Source: Patescibacteria group bacterium
GTDB lineage: Bacteria > Patescibacteriota > Patescibacteriia > 2-01-FULL-39-33
Length of the DNA stretch: 64,000 nt
Assembly (NCBI GenBank): GCA_041650895.1
Contig: JBAZKF010000001.1
Coordinates: 765,181 to 829,180 of the forward strand
Direction: 5' to 3'
Shown one piece after another: positions 19,202 to 29,618 of the stretch (positions are counted from its first letter, which is position 1; every line of letters starts with the position of its first letter). The notes under the pieces were generated by a model. The model worked only from the letters and a program-made list of their open reading frames with translations. It made no database searches and was not told the DNA's origin. A program made the position numbers and the translations under genes.

Positions 19202-22200
19202 ATGAAATTGTTTGTTGGAAAGTTGTTAGATTTTTTTTCTTTCATAATCGCCGTGATTGTAATGTTTTTTTTGTGTTATTTTTTGGGTTATTGGGGGTTA
19301 TTCTTGTCGTTATTGGGGGTATTTAATTTTTTTGTTTTTTACTTGCGTAAAACCGATAAGATTTTTCCGGTATTAGACGATTTTTTTATCCGCAAATGTC
19401 TTAAAGCCAAGGATAAACTTAATCTAAAAAGCAGTAATCATTTAGCCAAAGCTTCTTTTAGATTTTGGCATTTTTTATTTTTGCTTTTAACCAGCACTGA
19501 TAGGGGATTTAATAGTCTAGTCGACGCCGGTCAGCCGTTGGGTATCAAATTTCCTCTCAAGAGGACCAAAAAACATCAAGTGGTCGCCGAGTTATATTTG
19601 CAAGAGTATTACTTAATTCATCAGCAGAAAAAACAAAAAGCTTTTTATCAATCTTTTGTCGGTTCTTTTTTTGTTTTCGTTATTTCTATCGGGTCAGGGC
19701 TATTCGTTTCTTTACTTCTACCGTTTATTTTCTCCACTTCCGCCGCTACTTATACTTTTATTCAAACTGATTGGTCGGGAGGAGCCGATACTAACGCCAC
19801 TTCTAGCCACAGTAACGATAGAACCGGTTGGAATAAATTTTATAGTAAAGATGAATACATTTATGCCGGTACCAGTCTAAGCTTGGTTCAGCAGATGACT
19901 ACCTCCACTGATGATAGCGACTCTGATTTTTCAACCGGAACTTTTGATAGCACGCAGACTAATGGTAGCGGTTCATCAGCCGATCTTTCTTTGGCTACTC
20001 AATTTTTACCAACAGATTGGTCAACAAAATTAAAGAGTCATTTATCTTCTCCAACCATAACTCAACCTTTAGATGTTTTTGTGTCTGGTATATATGCTTA
20101 TGTGGCCGATGCTGCGAGCGGACTTAGGGTTGTTAATATATCAGATCCAACTAATCCAACTATTGTCGGAACTTACAATAGTCCGGGAGCAGCTTATGGG
20201 GTGATTGTAATCGGTTCTACTGCCTATGTTGCAGATGGGGGAAGTGGGTTAGCTATTGTAGATATTACTAATCCTGCCAGCCCTAGCTTGATTGGAGCAT
20301 ATACGACTGGGTTTTATAATGCTTATAAGGTTGCCATCTCAGGTAGTTATGCTTATGTGGCTGATGGCGATAATGGACTGAAAATAATTGATATTTCTAA
20401 TCCAGCTTCCCCGTCTTTGGTGGGGACTTACAATACTCCAGGGAGAGCTTACGACGTTGTTGTTTCTGGAAGCTATGCTTATGTGGCTGATAATAATGGT
20501 GGTTTACAAATAATTGATATCTCCAGTTCCACCAACCCAACATTAACTAAAGCGGTCACAACTTCACTAAACAAGGCTCGTGGCGTGTACCTTTCTGGCA
20601 GCTACGCCTATGTAGCTGATGACGACAATGGTTTAAAGGTGGTAAATATTACTGTTTTGGCCAGTGCTTCGGTGGTTGGTATCTATAATACTCCAAACCA
20701 GTCTTTTGGTGTAATGCTATCTGGAAATTATGCTTATGTGGCTGATAATACTGCTGGATTACAGATAATTGATGTTTCTTCTTCTACGGCCCCAACTTTA
20801 GCCAGCAATGCCAATATTAATTATGGTGGTGAAGCCCAGAGAGTTTTTGTCTCTGGTAATTATGCTTATGTAGCAGAACGTAATTCGGGATTTACAATTT
20901 ATGATATTAGCAGTACTCCCTATGTTCCAGTCAGTCAAACAGGAGTATATAATAGTAGCGGCAACGCTAGAGGGGTTTATGTATCTGGTGATTATGCTTA
21001 TGTAGCTGATGATGGATCTGGATTGCAAATTGTTGATATTTCTAATTCGGCATCCCCAAGCTTAGTCGGCACTCTTGGTTCTATTGGAAATGGTTATGGC
21101 GTTTATGCTTCTGGCACTTATGCCTATCTTGCTGCTTATGGTTCTGGTTTGCAGATTATCAATGTTTCTAATCCAGCTAGTCCTGTCGTCGCCGGTAACT
21201 ACGACACTACCGGAAATTCTTGGGCAGTAGATGTAAATGGTAACTATGCCTATGTGGCCGATAATACTGCCGGTTTACAGATAATTGATGTCTCTAATGT
21301 TGCTAGTCCGTCACTGACCGCTACTTATGTTCACACTGCTGGCAAGGCTGTTTATGACGTTAAAATTTCTGGTTCCTACGCTTATATAGCTTATAATGAC
21401 TTAGGCTTGGTGATTATTGATATTAGTAATCCAGCCTCTCCAGCTTATAAGGGAATTTATAATACTTCCGGCGCAGCTCGTGGAATTTCAATAGTTGGTA
21501 ATTATGCTTACGTGGCTGATAGCGCGTCTGGCTTACAGATAATTGACATCTCTAGTTCCACCAACCCGATCCTTATAGGGACTTTCAATACTTTTGGTTC
21601 ATCTGCCAGAGTTGATATCTCTGGCAATTATGCTTACGTGGCTGATACAAATGGTGGTTTACAAATTATAGATGTAGAAGATCCTGCTAATCCACGCTTA
21701 GTCAACTCTTATTTCTCAGTTACTAACATTGAAGATGTTAAAGTTGTAGGAAATAATGTATATCTTGCTTCAGTAGCTACGGGTTTAGAAATTCTTAATG
21801 TTTCTGGTTATGTCTCCTCGGGTACTTTTGAGTCTAGTATTATTGATACTACTTTTAATAAAGAATTTACTAATATTTATTTTGATTCTGCTGTTCCTGG
21901 TAGCACATCCTTATCAGTAAAGGCAAGGTCATCAGCTAATTCCGATATGTCCGGAGCAACTGACTGGGTTAGTTGTAACGCCTTAACCAGTAATCATGAT
22001 CCATCCTCTAATAATTGCATTACCGACGGTGAGCGTTATTTGCAGTATTATCTTTCTTTTGCTTCATCAGATCCGGATGTTTCGCCGGTTGTAGAGTCGG
22101 TAGCCGTGGCCTATTCCTCTTATCCCACTAGTCAGACTTTGGTTTCTTCCCCCTTTAACACGGAAGATGTCAGCGTGATCCTGGGCGATTTATCTTGGAC

Positions 22201-25200
22201 TGAGGATTTGCCCACCGGTACTAATGTTAAATTTCAGCTTCGCACTGCCTCTAGTTCCGATGGCGTCTGGACTGATTGGTTGGGGCCGACCGGAACTTCC
22301 ACTTATTATTCCTCGGCCGACGGCGATAATGAAATTAACTCTTTGCATAATGATCGCAGTGACGATCAATGGATTCAATATAAAGTTTATCTCACTTCTG
22401 CCGGCGATGAGACGCCGACTCTAAGTGATTTTAATTTAGTTTATGTGGTTAATGCGGCACCGGAATTTGAGAACGATCCCACTGTCTCACAGCGAGAAAG
22501 CGACGGATTAGTGGGAATAGCTTATTCAGTAAAAGATCGCGATACTGCTTCTACTGGGGTAGCTTGTCCCAATTGCGTGGTGCCGTCTTTTGAATATTCT
22601 ATTGATGGCGGGGCGAATTGGAATCCGATTACAGCTGGATTATCGGCTGGCGCCACTTCTTCCCTAACTGTTGCCTCTTCAACTTATACAACCTCAACAG
22701 TCACCTGGAATGCCAAGGAACAAATTGATGGCACTTATTCCGAGGAATTCAGAGTTAGAGTTACTATTAGCGATTTGGAAGGAGCCAATAGCACTGCTAC
22801 GGGAATTTCTGAAATTTTTACTTTGGATGTTAAAGATCCGACACTGGGTGATCCGTCAATTATAGTTGATGCTTCCCAGTCTCCAGCCGTTTTGACTTTG
22901 AACGCTTCTGATGATACTTTATCCGGGTTGCAGATGTGTATTAGTTTGGACAACTCTCTAACCAACTGCAAGGATTATGCTACCAGCGACACTATAGATG
23001 GGTTAAGTTCTCCGGATACGGTTTATGTAAAGTTCCGAGATAAATTTGGCAATGTTTCTTCCGATAACGCAGTAACTCCGGAGAAGCCGATTAATATGAT
23101 TATTCGCGATGTGTCCAATTTGGACACGAGTGAATATCAGGAATTCATCGTTTGGAAAGCAGTTTCTCTGCCTTTCCATGATTATAAAATCTATTATTCG
23201 ACTGACGGAGAAAATTATTCTTTACTACCCCTCATTGAGGATCGAGCCATTAACTATTACTTTCATAAAAACTTGAGCGTTGGTGCTACTTATTACTATA
23301 AGGTGGCAACGGCTGATGGCGATGGTAATGTTTCCGCTTTTTCTAGTGTTATATCCGATGAGCCTAACGGCCAAGGTGGAACAGATACTACTCCCCCGAC
23401 AATTTCTAATGTGGCCACTTCTACTGTCAGCACACAATCAGTAGTTATCACTTGGGATACGGACGAACTATCTAAGTCTTATGTTGATTATTCAACAAGC
23501 CCATTAGATCTAAATACTACTGTCGGCTCGGTTAGTATGGTGGATAATGCCACCGGTATCGGCGCGCATCAAGTAGTATTAAGCGGGCTTAGTCCCGGTA
23601 CTCACTATTATTTTAGGGTTCGTTCCACTGATATCGGCGACATTGAAGCAATTGACGATAATGATGGCGGCAATTATGATTTTACCACTTTGTCTGGTCC
23701 GGCTATCTCTGATGTGGCAGTGAGCCAAGTCAGTAATTCCGGAGCGACTATTGTTTGGACCACTAATGACACCGCCGATTCCTATGTTTATTATTCCACT
23801 TCTTCCGATTTGACCAACTCCAGTTACTCTGGTTCAGCCACAGCCGTTACCAATCATGAAGTTGTTGTTACTGGTCTTTCAGCCGGCACTACTTATTATT
23901 ATTATGTTAAATCCGGTGTTGGTGTAGCTAATAATGCAGGGGATTATTATTCGTTTATTACCACTAATGACGGCGTACCCCCGGTTATCAGTAATATTAC
24001 AGAATCGATTATTACCGACGTGGCTGTTTTAATTAATTGGAGCACTAATGAGTTATCCGATTCGGCGGTTTATTTTGGCACCTCCACCGGTTCTTACTCT
24101 TCTTCCAGCGCCGATACCGCGCAAACTACAAATCATGCCGTGGCATTGTTTGGCTTGACCACTAGTACCGAATATTTTTATATCGTGGTATCGGTTGATG
24201 CTAGCGGTAATATTTCTACCAGCACCACCGAATATGATTTTACTACTTTAGAAACTTTATCCGAGGAATCTATCGTGATTACTCGCGAAGAGCTAGCTCG
24301 TTTGGAAGGAGCTGCCGAAGCTGCTGAGTGTCCAGTTTGCCCGACCTGCGGTGGAGGCGGTGGTTCTTCAAACGATACCACAAAACCCATTATAACTGAC
24401 GTTTCCGCCATTAAAGAGACGGAGGGAAAAATAAAAGTTACTTGGAAAACTAATGAAAATAGCAACAGTTTTGTGGAATATAGCGTGGATGAATCTTTTA
24501 ATTTAATCGCCGGGCAATTTGATGCTGTTTCCAATCATACGGTCAGTATTAATAATTTACAGTCAGGCAGTATTTATAATTATCGGGTGGTTAGTCAGGA
24601 TCAATACGGTAATTTGTCGCGGTCAGACAACAAAACATTTGCTTTAGATAGTGGCTTGAATGAAATCAGTTCTTTGGCGCAAACCATCGGGGGAGATAGT
24701 AACCAACTGTTAATGTCGGTCGTCAATAAAGCCGGAGAAATCATCAGTCAGTTGGCTTTAAATGTTTCTATTGGGGCACTGGAAGACGCATTGAGTGCGC
24801 AATACAATTTAATCAGGCAATTATCTAATGCCATCCCGGCACCATTATTGTCCGGCGAACCGAAAGTTTTGGTTACTGCTAATACCGCCACTATCACTTG
24901 GCGAACCGACAAGGAATCAAACTCCCTCGTAGCGATTTCTCCGGCAGATAGTTATGATAGCACCAAAAAAGACGATGCCTATTTGCAGGTGATCGGCAAA
25001 TCCAATGAATTGACTCAACTCCATATAATTACGATTTCCGATCTGGAACCGGAAACTATCTACTATTATCAGGTTAGGAGTCGTACTCAATTGGGCTCAG
25101 ACAGCCGTTCGGAAAATTTTAGCTTTAAGACTTTAAGGAAGGAATTGGAAATAAACACTTATGCTGTGGAAAATATCAGTACGGAGAGAGCTATTTTCCG

Positions 25201-25822
25201 CTGGGTTACTAATATTGAGACCGATTCCCAAGTTAAATATGTGCCGTATCGCGGAGGTAAGCTAGCGGTTGAAGAAATGAAAACCGTAAAAAGTAAAGCC
25301 TTTTCCACAATTCACGAGATAACTGTAAGTGATTTTGAATCAGGTGTGGTTTATGAAATTGAATTATCCGGCAAAGATCCGGCCGGCCAGATAATCAGCA
25401 AGAAAATTGAGACATTTTCTACCGGCCAAGACGATCTACCGCCGGTAATCTATCAAGTGCAAACTGACTCTGCTTTGTCGGTGGGCAAGGAATCAAATGT
25501 GCAGACAATTATTTCTTGGCTGACTAACGAATTATCAACTGGTAAAGTCTATTATCAAAAAGGCGTTGGTCCGGTTGATGAACAGGCTTGGGAGGAAACG
25601 GCTTTAGACAGTAATTATACTAAAAAACATATCGCCGTAATCACCAAATTCGAGTCCGGAATGATTTATCGTTTTAAAATAGTAAGCGCTGATTCGGGCG
25701 GCAATGAAGCTACTTCTAATGTTTTTACTGTTTTAACGCCCAAACAAAAAGAGTCGGTATTCCAGGTGATTATGAATAATGCCGAAGATATTTTCGGTTG
25801 GACTAAGCAGTTAGGAATTTAA
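19202..25822 (+). CDS. giant (2206 aa) cell-surface protein: N-terminal membrane segments, LVIVD-repeat beta-propeller array, multiple Fn3/PKD-like domains
   Basis: Tens of repeats of the form 'GSYAYVADGDNGLKIIDISNPASPSLVGTYNT' (LVIVD repeat). The later blocks '...VITWTTDE..S.VYY...HEVVVTGLSAGTTYYYRV' are Fn3-like. The start (19202 vs M21) is uncertain. Confidence 0.8.
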   Translation: MKLFVGKLLDFFSFIIAVIVMFFLCYFLGYWGLFLSLLGVFNFFVFYLRKTDKIFPVLDDFFIRKCLKAKDKLNLKSSNHLAKASFRFWHFLFLLLTSTDRGFNSLVDAGQPLGIKFPLKRTKKHQVVAELYLQEYYLIHQQKKQKAFYQSFVGSFFVFVISIGSGLFVSLLLPFIFSTSAATYTFIQTDWSGGADTNATSSHSNDRTGWNKFYSKDEYIYAGTSLSLVQQMTTSTDDSDSDFSTGTFDSTQTNGSGSSADLSLATQFLPTDWSTKLKSHLSSPTITQPLDVFVSGIYAYVADAASGLRVVNISDPTNPTIVGTYNSPGAAYGVIVIGSTAYVADGGSGLAIVDITNPASPSLIGAYTTGFYNAYKVAISGSYAYVADGDNGLKIIDISNPASPSLVGTYNTPGRAYDVVVSGSYAYVADNNGGLQIIDISSSTNPTLTKAVTTSLNKARGVYLSGSYAYVADDDNGLKVVNITVLASASVVGIYNTPNQSFGVMLSGNYAYVADNTAGLQIIDVSSSTAPTLASNANINYGGEAQRVFVSGNYAYVAERNSGFTIYDISSTPYVPVSQTGVYNSSGNARGVYVSGDYAYVADDGSGLQIVDISNSASPSLVGTLGSIGNGYGVYASGTYAYLAAYGSGLQIINVSNPASPVVAGNYDTTGNSWAVDVNGNYAYVADNTAGLQIIDVSNVASPSLTATYVHTAGKAVYDVKISGSYAYIAYNDLGLVIIDISNPASPAYKGIYNTSGAARGISIVGNYAYVADSASGLQIIDISSSTNPILIGTFNTFGSSARVDISGNYAYVADTNGGLQIIDVEDPANPRLVNSYFSVTNIEDVKVVGNNVYLASVATGLEILNVSGYVSSGTFESSIIDTTFNKEFTNIYFDSAVPGSTSLSVKARSSANSDMSGATDWVSCNALTSNHDPSSNNCITDGERYLQYYLSFASSDPDVSPVVESVAVAYSSYPTSQTLVSSPFNTEDVSVILGDLSWTEDLPTGTNVKFQLRTASSSDGVWTDWLGPTGTSTYYSSADGDNEINSLHNDRSDDQWIQYKVYLTSAGDETPTLSDFNLVYVVNAAPEFENDPTVSQRESDGLVGIAYSVKDRDTASTGVACPNCVVPSFEYSIDGGANWNPITAGLSAGATSSLTVASSTYTTSTVTWNAKEQIDGTYSEEFRVRVTISDLEGANSTATGISEIFTLDVKDPTLGDPSIIVDASQSPAVLTLNASDDTLSGLQMCISLDNSLTNCKDYATSDTIDGLSSPDTVYVKFRDKFGNVSSDNAVTPEKPINMIIRDVSNLDTSEYQEFIVWKAVSLPFHDYKIYYSTDGENYSLLPLIEDRAINYYFHKNLSVGATYYYKVATADGDGNVSAFSSVISDEPNGQGGTDTTPPTISNVATSTVSTQSVVITWDTDELSKSYVDYSTSPLDLNTTVGSVSMVDNATGIGAHQVVLSGLSPGTHYYFRVRSTDIGDIEAIDDNDGGNYDFTTLSGPAISDVAVSQVSNSGATIVWTTNDTADSYVYYSTSSDLTNSSYSGSATAVTNHEVVVTGLSAGTTYYYYVKSGVGVANNAGDYYSFITTNDGVPPVISNITESIITDVAVLINWSTNELSDSAVYFGTSTGSYSSSSADTAQTTNHAVALFGLTTSTEYFYIVVSVDASGNISTSTTEYDFTTLETLSEESIVITREELARLEGAAEAAECPVCPTCGGGGGSSNDTTKPIITDVSAIKETEGKIKVTWKTNENSNSFVEYSVDESFNLIAGQFDAVSNHTVSINNLQSGSIYNYRVVSQDQYGNLSRSDNKTFALDSGLNEISSLAQTIGGDSNQLLMSVVNKAGEIISQLALNVSIGALEDALSAQYNLIRQLSNAIPAPLLSGEPKVLVTANTATITWRTDKESNSLVAISPADSYDSTKKDDAYLQVIGKSNELTQLHIITISDLEPETIYYYQVRSRTQLGSDSRSENFSFKTLRKELEINTYAVENISTERAIFRWVTNIETDSQVKYVPYRGGKLAVEEMKTVKSKAFSTIHEITVSDFESGVVYEIELSGKDPAGQIISKKIETFSTGQDDLPPVIYQVQTDSALSVGKESNVQTIISWLTNELSTGKVYYQKGVGPVDEQAWEETALDSNYTKKHIAVITKFESGMIYRFKIVSADSGGNEATSNVFTVLTPKQKESVFQVIMNNAEDIFGWTKQLGI

Positions 25823-25825
25823 TTT

Positions 25826-27169
25826 ATGTCTAAGCCGATAATTAAGACTAAAGACCTAAATGTTACTTATTTCCTGGGTAAAAGCAACCAGGTTAATGCT
25901 TTAATTGGCATTAACTTGGAAATTTATCCGGGCGAGTTCATAATTTTTTTCGGGCCATCCGGTTGTGGTAAATCCACGTTGCTTTATTCCATTGCCGGTT
26001 TGGAAAAAAATATTACCGGTGATGTCTTTATTGCCGATAAAAATTTATCTCAGCTTAGGGAGAAAGAGATTGATAAGCATCGGCAAAAGGTCATCGGTAT
26101 GATTTTCCAGGCTTATTATTTAATTCCTTCTTTGAGTGTAGTCAATAATATAGTTTTACCGCAGCTGCCTTTAGGCATCAACATTAAAGACCGGGAAACA
26201 AAAGCGTTGGAATTAATGAAATATTTCGGCGTTGAGGTTCAAGCCCGGAAATTGCCTAATGAGTTATCTGGTGGTCAGCAACAACGGGTAGCAATTTGTC
26301 GCGCCCTGATTAATGATCCGGAAATAATCTTAGCTGATGAACCGACCGGTAATTTGGATTCCAAGTCGGTTCAAGATGTAATGAAGTTGCTGGTCAAACT
26401 TAATGAGGAAAAAAAGAAGACTATTATTTTAGTCACCCATAACCCGGCAACTTTGGACTACGCCCATCGGGTTTTTTATATGCGAGATGGCAAATTGACT
26501 GACATCAAGAATAACCGCGAGGTTGGTACGATTCTGGATCAGGATAAATTTGTTGCCCCCGGTACTCCGGCTGAGAATCTGGAAAAACTGACGAAAACTC
26601 AAGCAGATTTGGCACTATTGGGGGGAGATAGCTTACTACTGGATATTAAGGCCAAAGCGATAGTCGCCGAAGCTCTTTCCGGACTTTCAACCGAAGAGAT
26701 AGGGGAGATTGAATACAAAGTTAAGGGCTTATTGGTCAAAGGAGTTAGACAGAGCGGGAAGTTGAAATCATTTTTACAGGAAAGGGTTAACCCTTTTGGT
26801 CCGGCTTGGTCCAAAAAAAGGTCAGTGATTTTAGCCGATAAGATTTCTGCTATTGTTAAGGAAATCAGGAGCTTATCTTTAGTTGAGCGGGAAGCTAAAG
26901 GGTTAGTGGAGAGTAATATACATGGCTTATCCCAAGCCAAGGAATTAAGGAAGTATTTATTTGATTATTTTGATTTCACCGCTTCCGGAATCAATTCACT
27001 CAAGAGAATTGATGATTTATTAAAGGATTTTATTTTGGATAAGATAGACGAAACTGAATTAGCTAGGCTTTTGGATGAGTCGGTGGCGACCGGGGGAGCC
27101 GGTTTAAATCGTCGATTAGTCAGAAAAATAATCAAGCATTTGAGACTTTTAAAACTGGGAAAAATATAA
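25826..27169 (+). CDS. ABC transporter ATP-binding protein (MacB/FtsE/LolD-like) with ~220-aa C-terminal helical extension
   Basis: Walker A 'GPSGCGKST', signature 'LSGGQQQRVAICRAL' and Walker B 'ILADEPTGNLD'. It starts 4 nt after the giant gene stop. Confidence 0.85.
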   Translation: MSKPIIKTKDLNVTYFLGKSNQVNALIGINLEIYPGEFIIFFGPSGCGKSTLLYSIAGLEKNITGDVFIADKNLSQLREKEIDKHRQKVIGMIFQAYYLIPSLSVVNNIVLPQLPLGINIKDRETKALELMKYFGVEVQARKLPNELSGGQQQRVAICRALINDPEIILADEPTGNLDSKSVQDVMKLLVKLNEEKKKTIILVTHNPATLDYAHRVFYMRDGKLTDIKNNREVGTILDQDKFVAPGTPAENLEKLTKTQADLALLGGDSLLLDIKAKAIVAEALSGLSTEEIGEIEYKVKGLLVKGVRQSGKLKSFLQERVNPFGPAWSKKRSVILADKISAIVKEIRSLSLVEREAKGLVESNIHGLSQAKELRKYLFDYFDFTASGINSLKRIDDLLKDFILDKIDETELARLLDESVATGGAGLNRRLVRKIIKHLRLLKLGKI

Positions 27170-27172
27170 GTT

Positions 27173-28372
27173 ATGAATTTTTTTGATGCCCTAAATCTTT
27201 CATTAAGAATGTTTAAAAATCGTCCGCTTAGGACTTTGTTGACTATTCTAGGCGTCGGTGTCGGTATCGGCACAGTTTTATTTTTAGTGTCTTTTGGTTA
27301 TGGCATCCAGCGGGCGATTTTGAGCCGCATTACCACTGCCGATTCTTTGTTGAGCTTAGATGTCAATCCTGGCGTATCCGGCTTAGTGGAAATAAATAAG
27401 GAAAATATCAGTAGCATGGCGACAATTCCCGGCGTAGTTGAGACCAGCCGTATGGCTAATATTTACTCGCAGATAAATTTTAACGGCAATTCTTCAGACG
27501 GTTTGTCATACATTATTGATCCGTCCTTTTTTCGTTTAGGCGGCATTAAGGTTTCAATTGGGCAAGAATTTTCAGAGACGGAAGAGGATAGCGCGGTTAT
27601 TTCCACTGCTGTGGCCTCGTTGTTTAATGTTTTACCGGAGGAGATAATAGATCAGGAGATTGGCTTAACTTTTTATATTAATAAAGTTGATGAAAATGGC
27701 AATGAAGATATCCAAGCGATTCAAGCCAGCAGGAAATACAGAGTTGTCGGGGTAGTGGATGATGAGAATACCAGCTATGTTTTCGTACCTTTTGATGATA
27801 TAACAGAGAGCCAAATAAATAAATTTGACCAGCTAAAGGTCAAAGTATCATCAGTGGAGGAGATGGGAGCAGTGCGCGATGGCATTATTGAAAAAGGTTT
27901 TTTAGTTTCTTCATTGTCTGACACGATTGATCAAGCTAATAAAATTTTTGGTGTAATCCAGATTATTTTGTCGTTATTCGGCTTAGTGGCGCTTTTGGTT
28001 TCCGCGATCGGCATGTTTAATACGATGACGATTGCTTTATTGGAACGGACTAACGAAATCGGTATTATGAGGTCAATTGGCATTACCGGCAAGGATATCA
28101 GAAAAATATTTTTATTGGAATCTGGCATCATGGGACTTATGGGCGGGTTGGGCGGAATCATAATCGGTTTTATAGGCGGATTATCGGTCAATTTGGCGAT
28201 TAATATGTTAGCTAGGAATTTTGGCGGCAAAGCGCTCAATCTTTTTTATACGCCCTGGGAATTTATTTTTTTCATTGTTGTTTTTTCCATTATTGTCGGT
28301 GTTCTCACTGGTATTTATCCTTCGTTTAGGGCTTCCAAACTTAATCCGCTGGACGCTCTAAGATATAAATAA
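27173..28372 (+). CDS. ABC transporter permease, FtsX/MacB-type (4 TM, large extracytoplasmic loop)
   Basis: TM1, then a ~230-aa loop, then three C-terminal TMs with the FtsX-like 'ERTNEIGIMRSIGITGKDIRKIF'. Confidence 0.85.
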   Translation: MNFFDALNLSLRMFKNRPLRTLLTILGVGVGIGTVLFLVSFGYGIQRAILSRITTADSLLSLDVNPGVSGLVEINKENISSMATIPGVVETSRMANIYSQINFNGNSSDGLSYIIDPSFFRLGGIKVSIGQEFSETEEDSAVISTAVASLFNVLPEEIIDQEIGLTFYINKVDENGNEDIQAIQASRKYRVVGVVDDENTSYVFVPFDDITESQINKFDQLKVKVSSVEEMGAVRDGIIEKGFLVSSLSDTIDQANKIFGVIQIILSLFGLVALLVSAIGMFNTMTIALLERTNEIGIMRSIGITGKDIRKIFLLESGIMGLMGGLGGIIIGFIGGLSVNLAINMLARNFGGKALNLFYTPWEFIFFIVVFSIIVGVLTGIYPSFRASKLNPLDALRYK

Positions 28373-28480
28373 GTTCTGGTGATTACAACAGCCACAAACC
28401 TTTTAATCGGCCTTGCTGGACAATAAGGGCGGTATTTGGTAATTTATAGAAGGCAATGATTATTATTAGTAATATAGTTT

Positions 28481-29554
28481 ATGTCTACTCACAAAGCGCA
28501 TGGCGATTTTTCTGATTTTTTAGACTCTCGTGGCGTTATTACCTATGCCACCGGCAATGAGGTCTATGATGGTAAATTACTTAAGGCCATTATGGCTCAA
28601 CAACCTAAAGAAGGAACCTTTATCGATTTTTATCCCGCGACTGAAATTCAGTCCGACCTAGATCTACTGGAACAAATAAAAGGAGATCCCAAGTATCGTC
28701 GAGAGCGCAGTTCGGCCGAAGTTTTGGGCGAAGCGGAGGTTTTTCGTTCTATTGCCAGGCGCGATTGGTTTGTTGGGGCTATAGCTAAAAAAGCCAGTGA
28801 GTATGATGATTTGGTCCATGGCACTGATGTCGTAGCTTACATACCAGATATTGATGATCCGGACAATGAAGAAGCCATGATTCCCTTAGCGATTGATGCA
28901 ACAGTAACAACAGAAGAAGAAGTGATTGATAAAAAGATAACGACTTCTTTGGCGCGCGTCCGTTATCAAAAAAGAAGCCCGGGAAATAGAGGCGGAAGAT
29001 TAACTAAATTGAAATATATCCGTGATGATGATGGACAGCCATTAAAACGGACGATGAATCATTGTATTTTGGCTCTAACCCCGGATAAGGCTAAGGTTTT
29101 AGGGCAAGAGAGTTTAGGCCAAGATATTTCTCCAGACATTAAATTGGAGACGGAATTGCAAAGCTTGTTGGCCGTTAGGCGGCAAGCCTTAGTCCACATA
29201 ATTATCATACTTTCCGATTTTCATCTATGGGGCATAAATGAAAAGATTAAAAATGAACTAAGACTTGCCTTCCAGCAGGATGGCGGTCGGCAATTAGAAG
29301 TTGATATTATAACAGAATATTTGTCAAAGAATATAGAGTCGCTTAGGCAGAATTTGAAGCGGAAAAAACAAGCTCCGGAAATAGCAATAAGCTTAGAAGA
29401 GGATTGGAAAATTATGCGCTATTTTGATCAATTGATTAAGAATAAGAAAGCGTTGGAAAAAAATCAGGGGTGGTTTAATGCTGTTTATGAGGACTGTTTC
29501 AATGCATCAGAGCGTGTTACTGATTTGATATTATTAAATCCATATAAAAGCTAA
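28481..29554 (+). CDS. hypothetical protein
   Basis: 357-aa ORF with no recognisable motif. Confidence 0.5.
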   Translation: MSTHKAHGDFSDFLDSRGVITYATGNEVYDGKLLKAIMAQQPKEGTFIDFYPATEIQSDLDLLEQIKGDPKYRRERSSAEVLGEAEVFRSIARRDWFVGAIAKKASEYDDLVHGTDVVAYIPDIDDPDNEEAMIPLAIDATVTTEEEVIDKKITTSLARVRYQKRSPGNRGGRLTKLKYIRDDDGQPLKRTMNHCILALTPDKAKVLGQESLGQDISPDIKLETELQSLLAVRRQALVHIIIILSDFHLWGINEKIKNELRLAFQQDGGRQLEVDIITEYLSKNIESLRQNLKRKKQAPEIAISLEEDWKIMRYFDQLIKNKKALEKNQGWFNAVYEDCFNASERVTDLILLNPYKS

Positions 29555-29565
29555 ATTTAAATAAC

Positions 29566-29599
29566 AAAAAATAATCAGTCGCGGCTGATTATTTTTTTT
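29566..29599. terminator. bidirectional rho-independent terminator
   Basis: Stem ataatcag/ctgattat flanked by AAAAA and TTTTTTTT. It lies between convergent genes. Confidence 0.6.
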
Positions 29600-29618
29600 G
29601 CCTATTTATTTAAGATAA

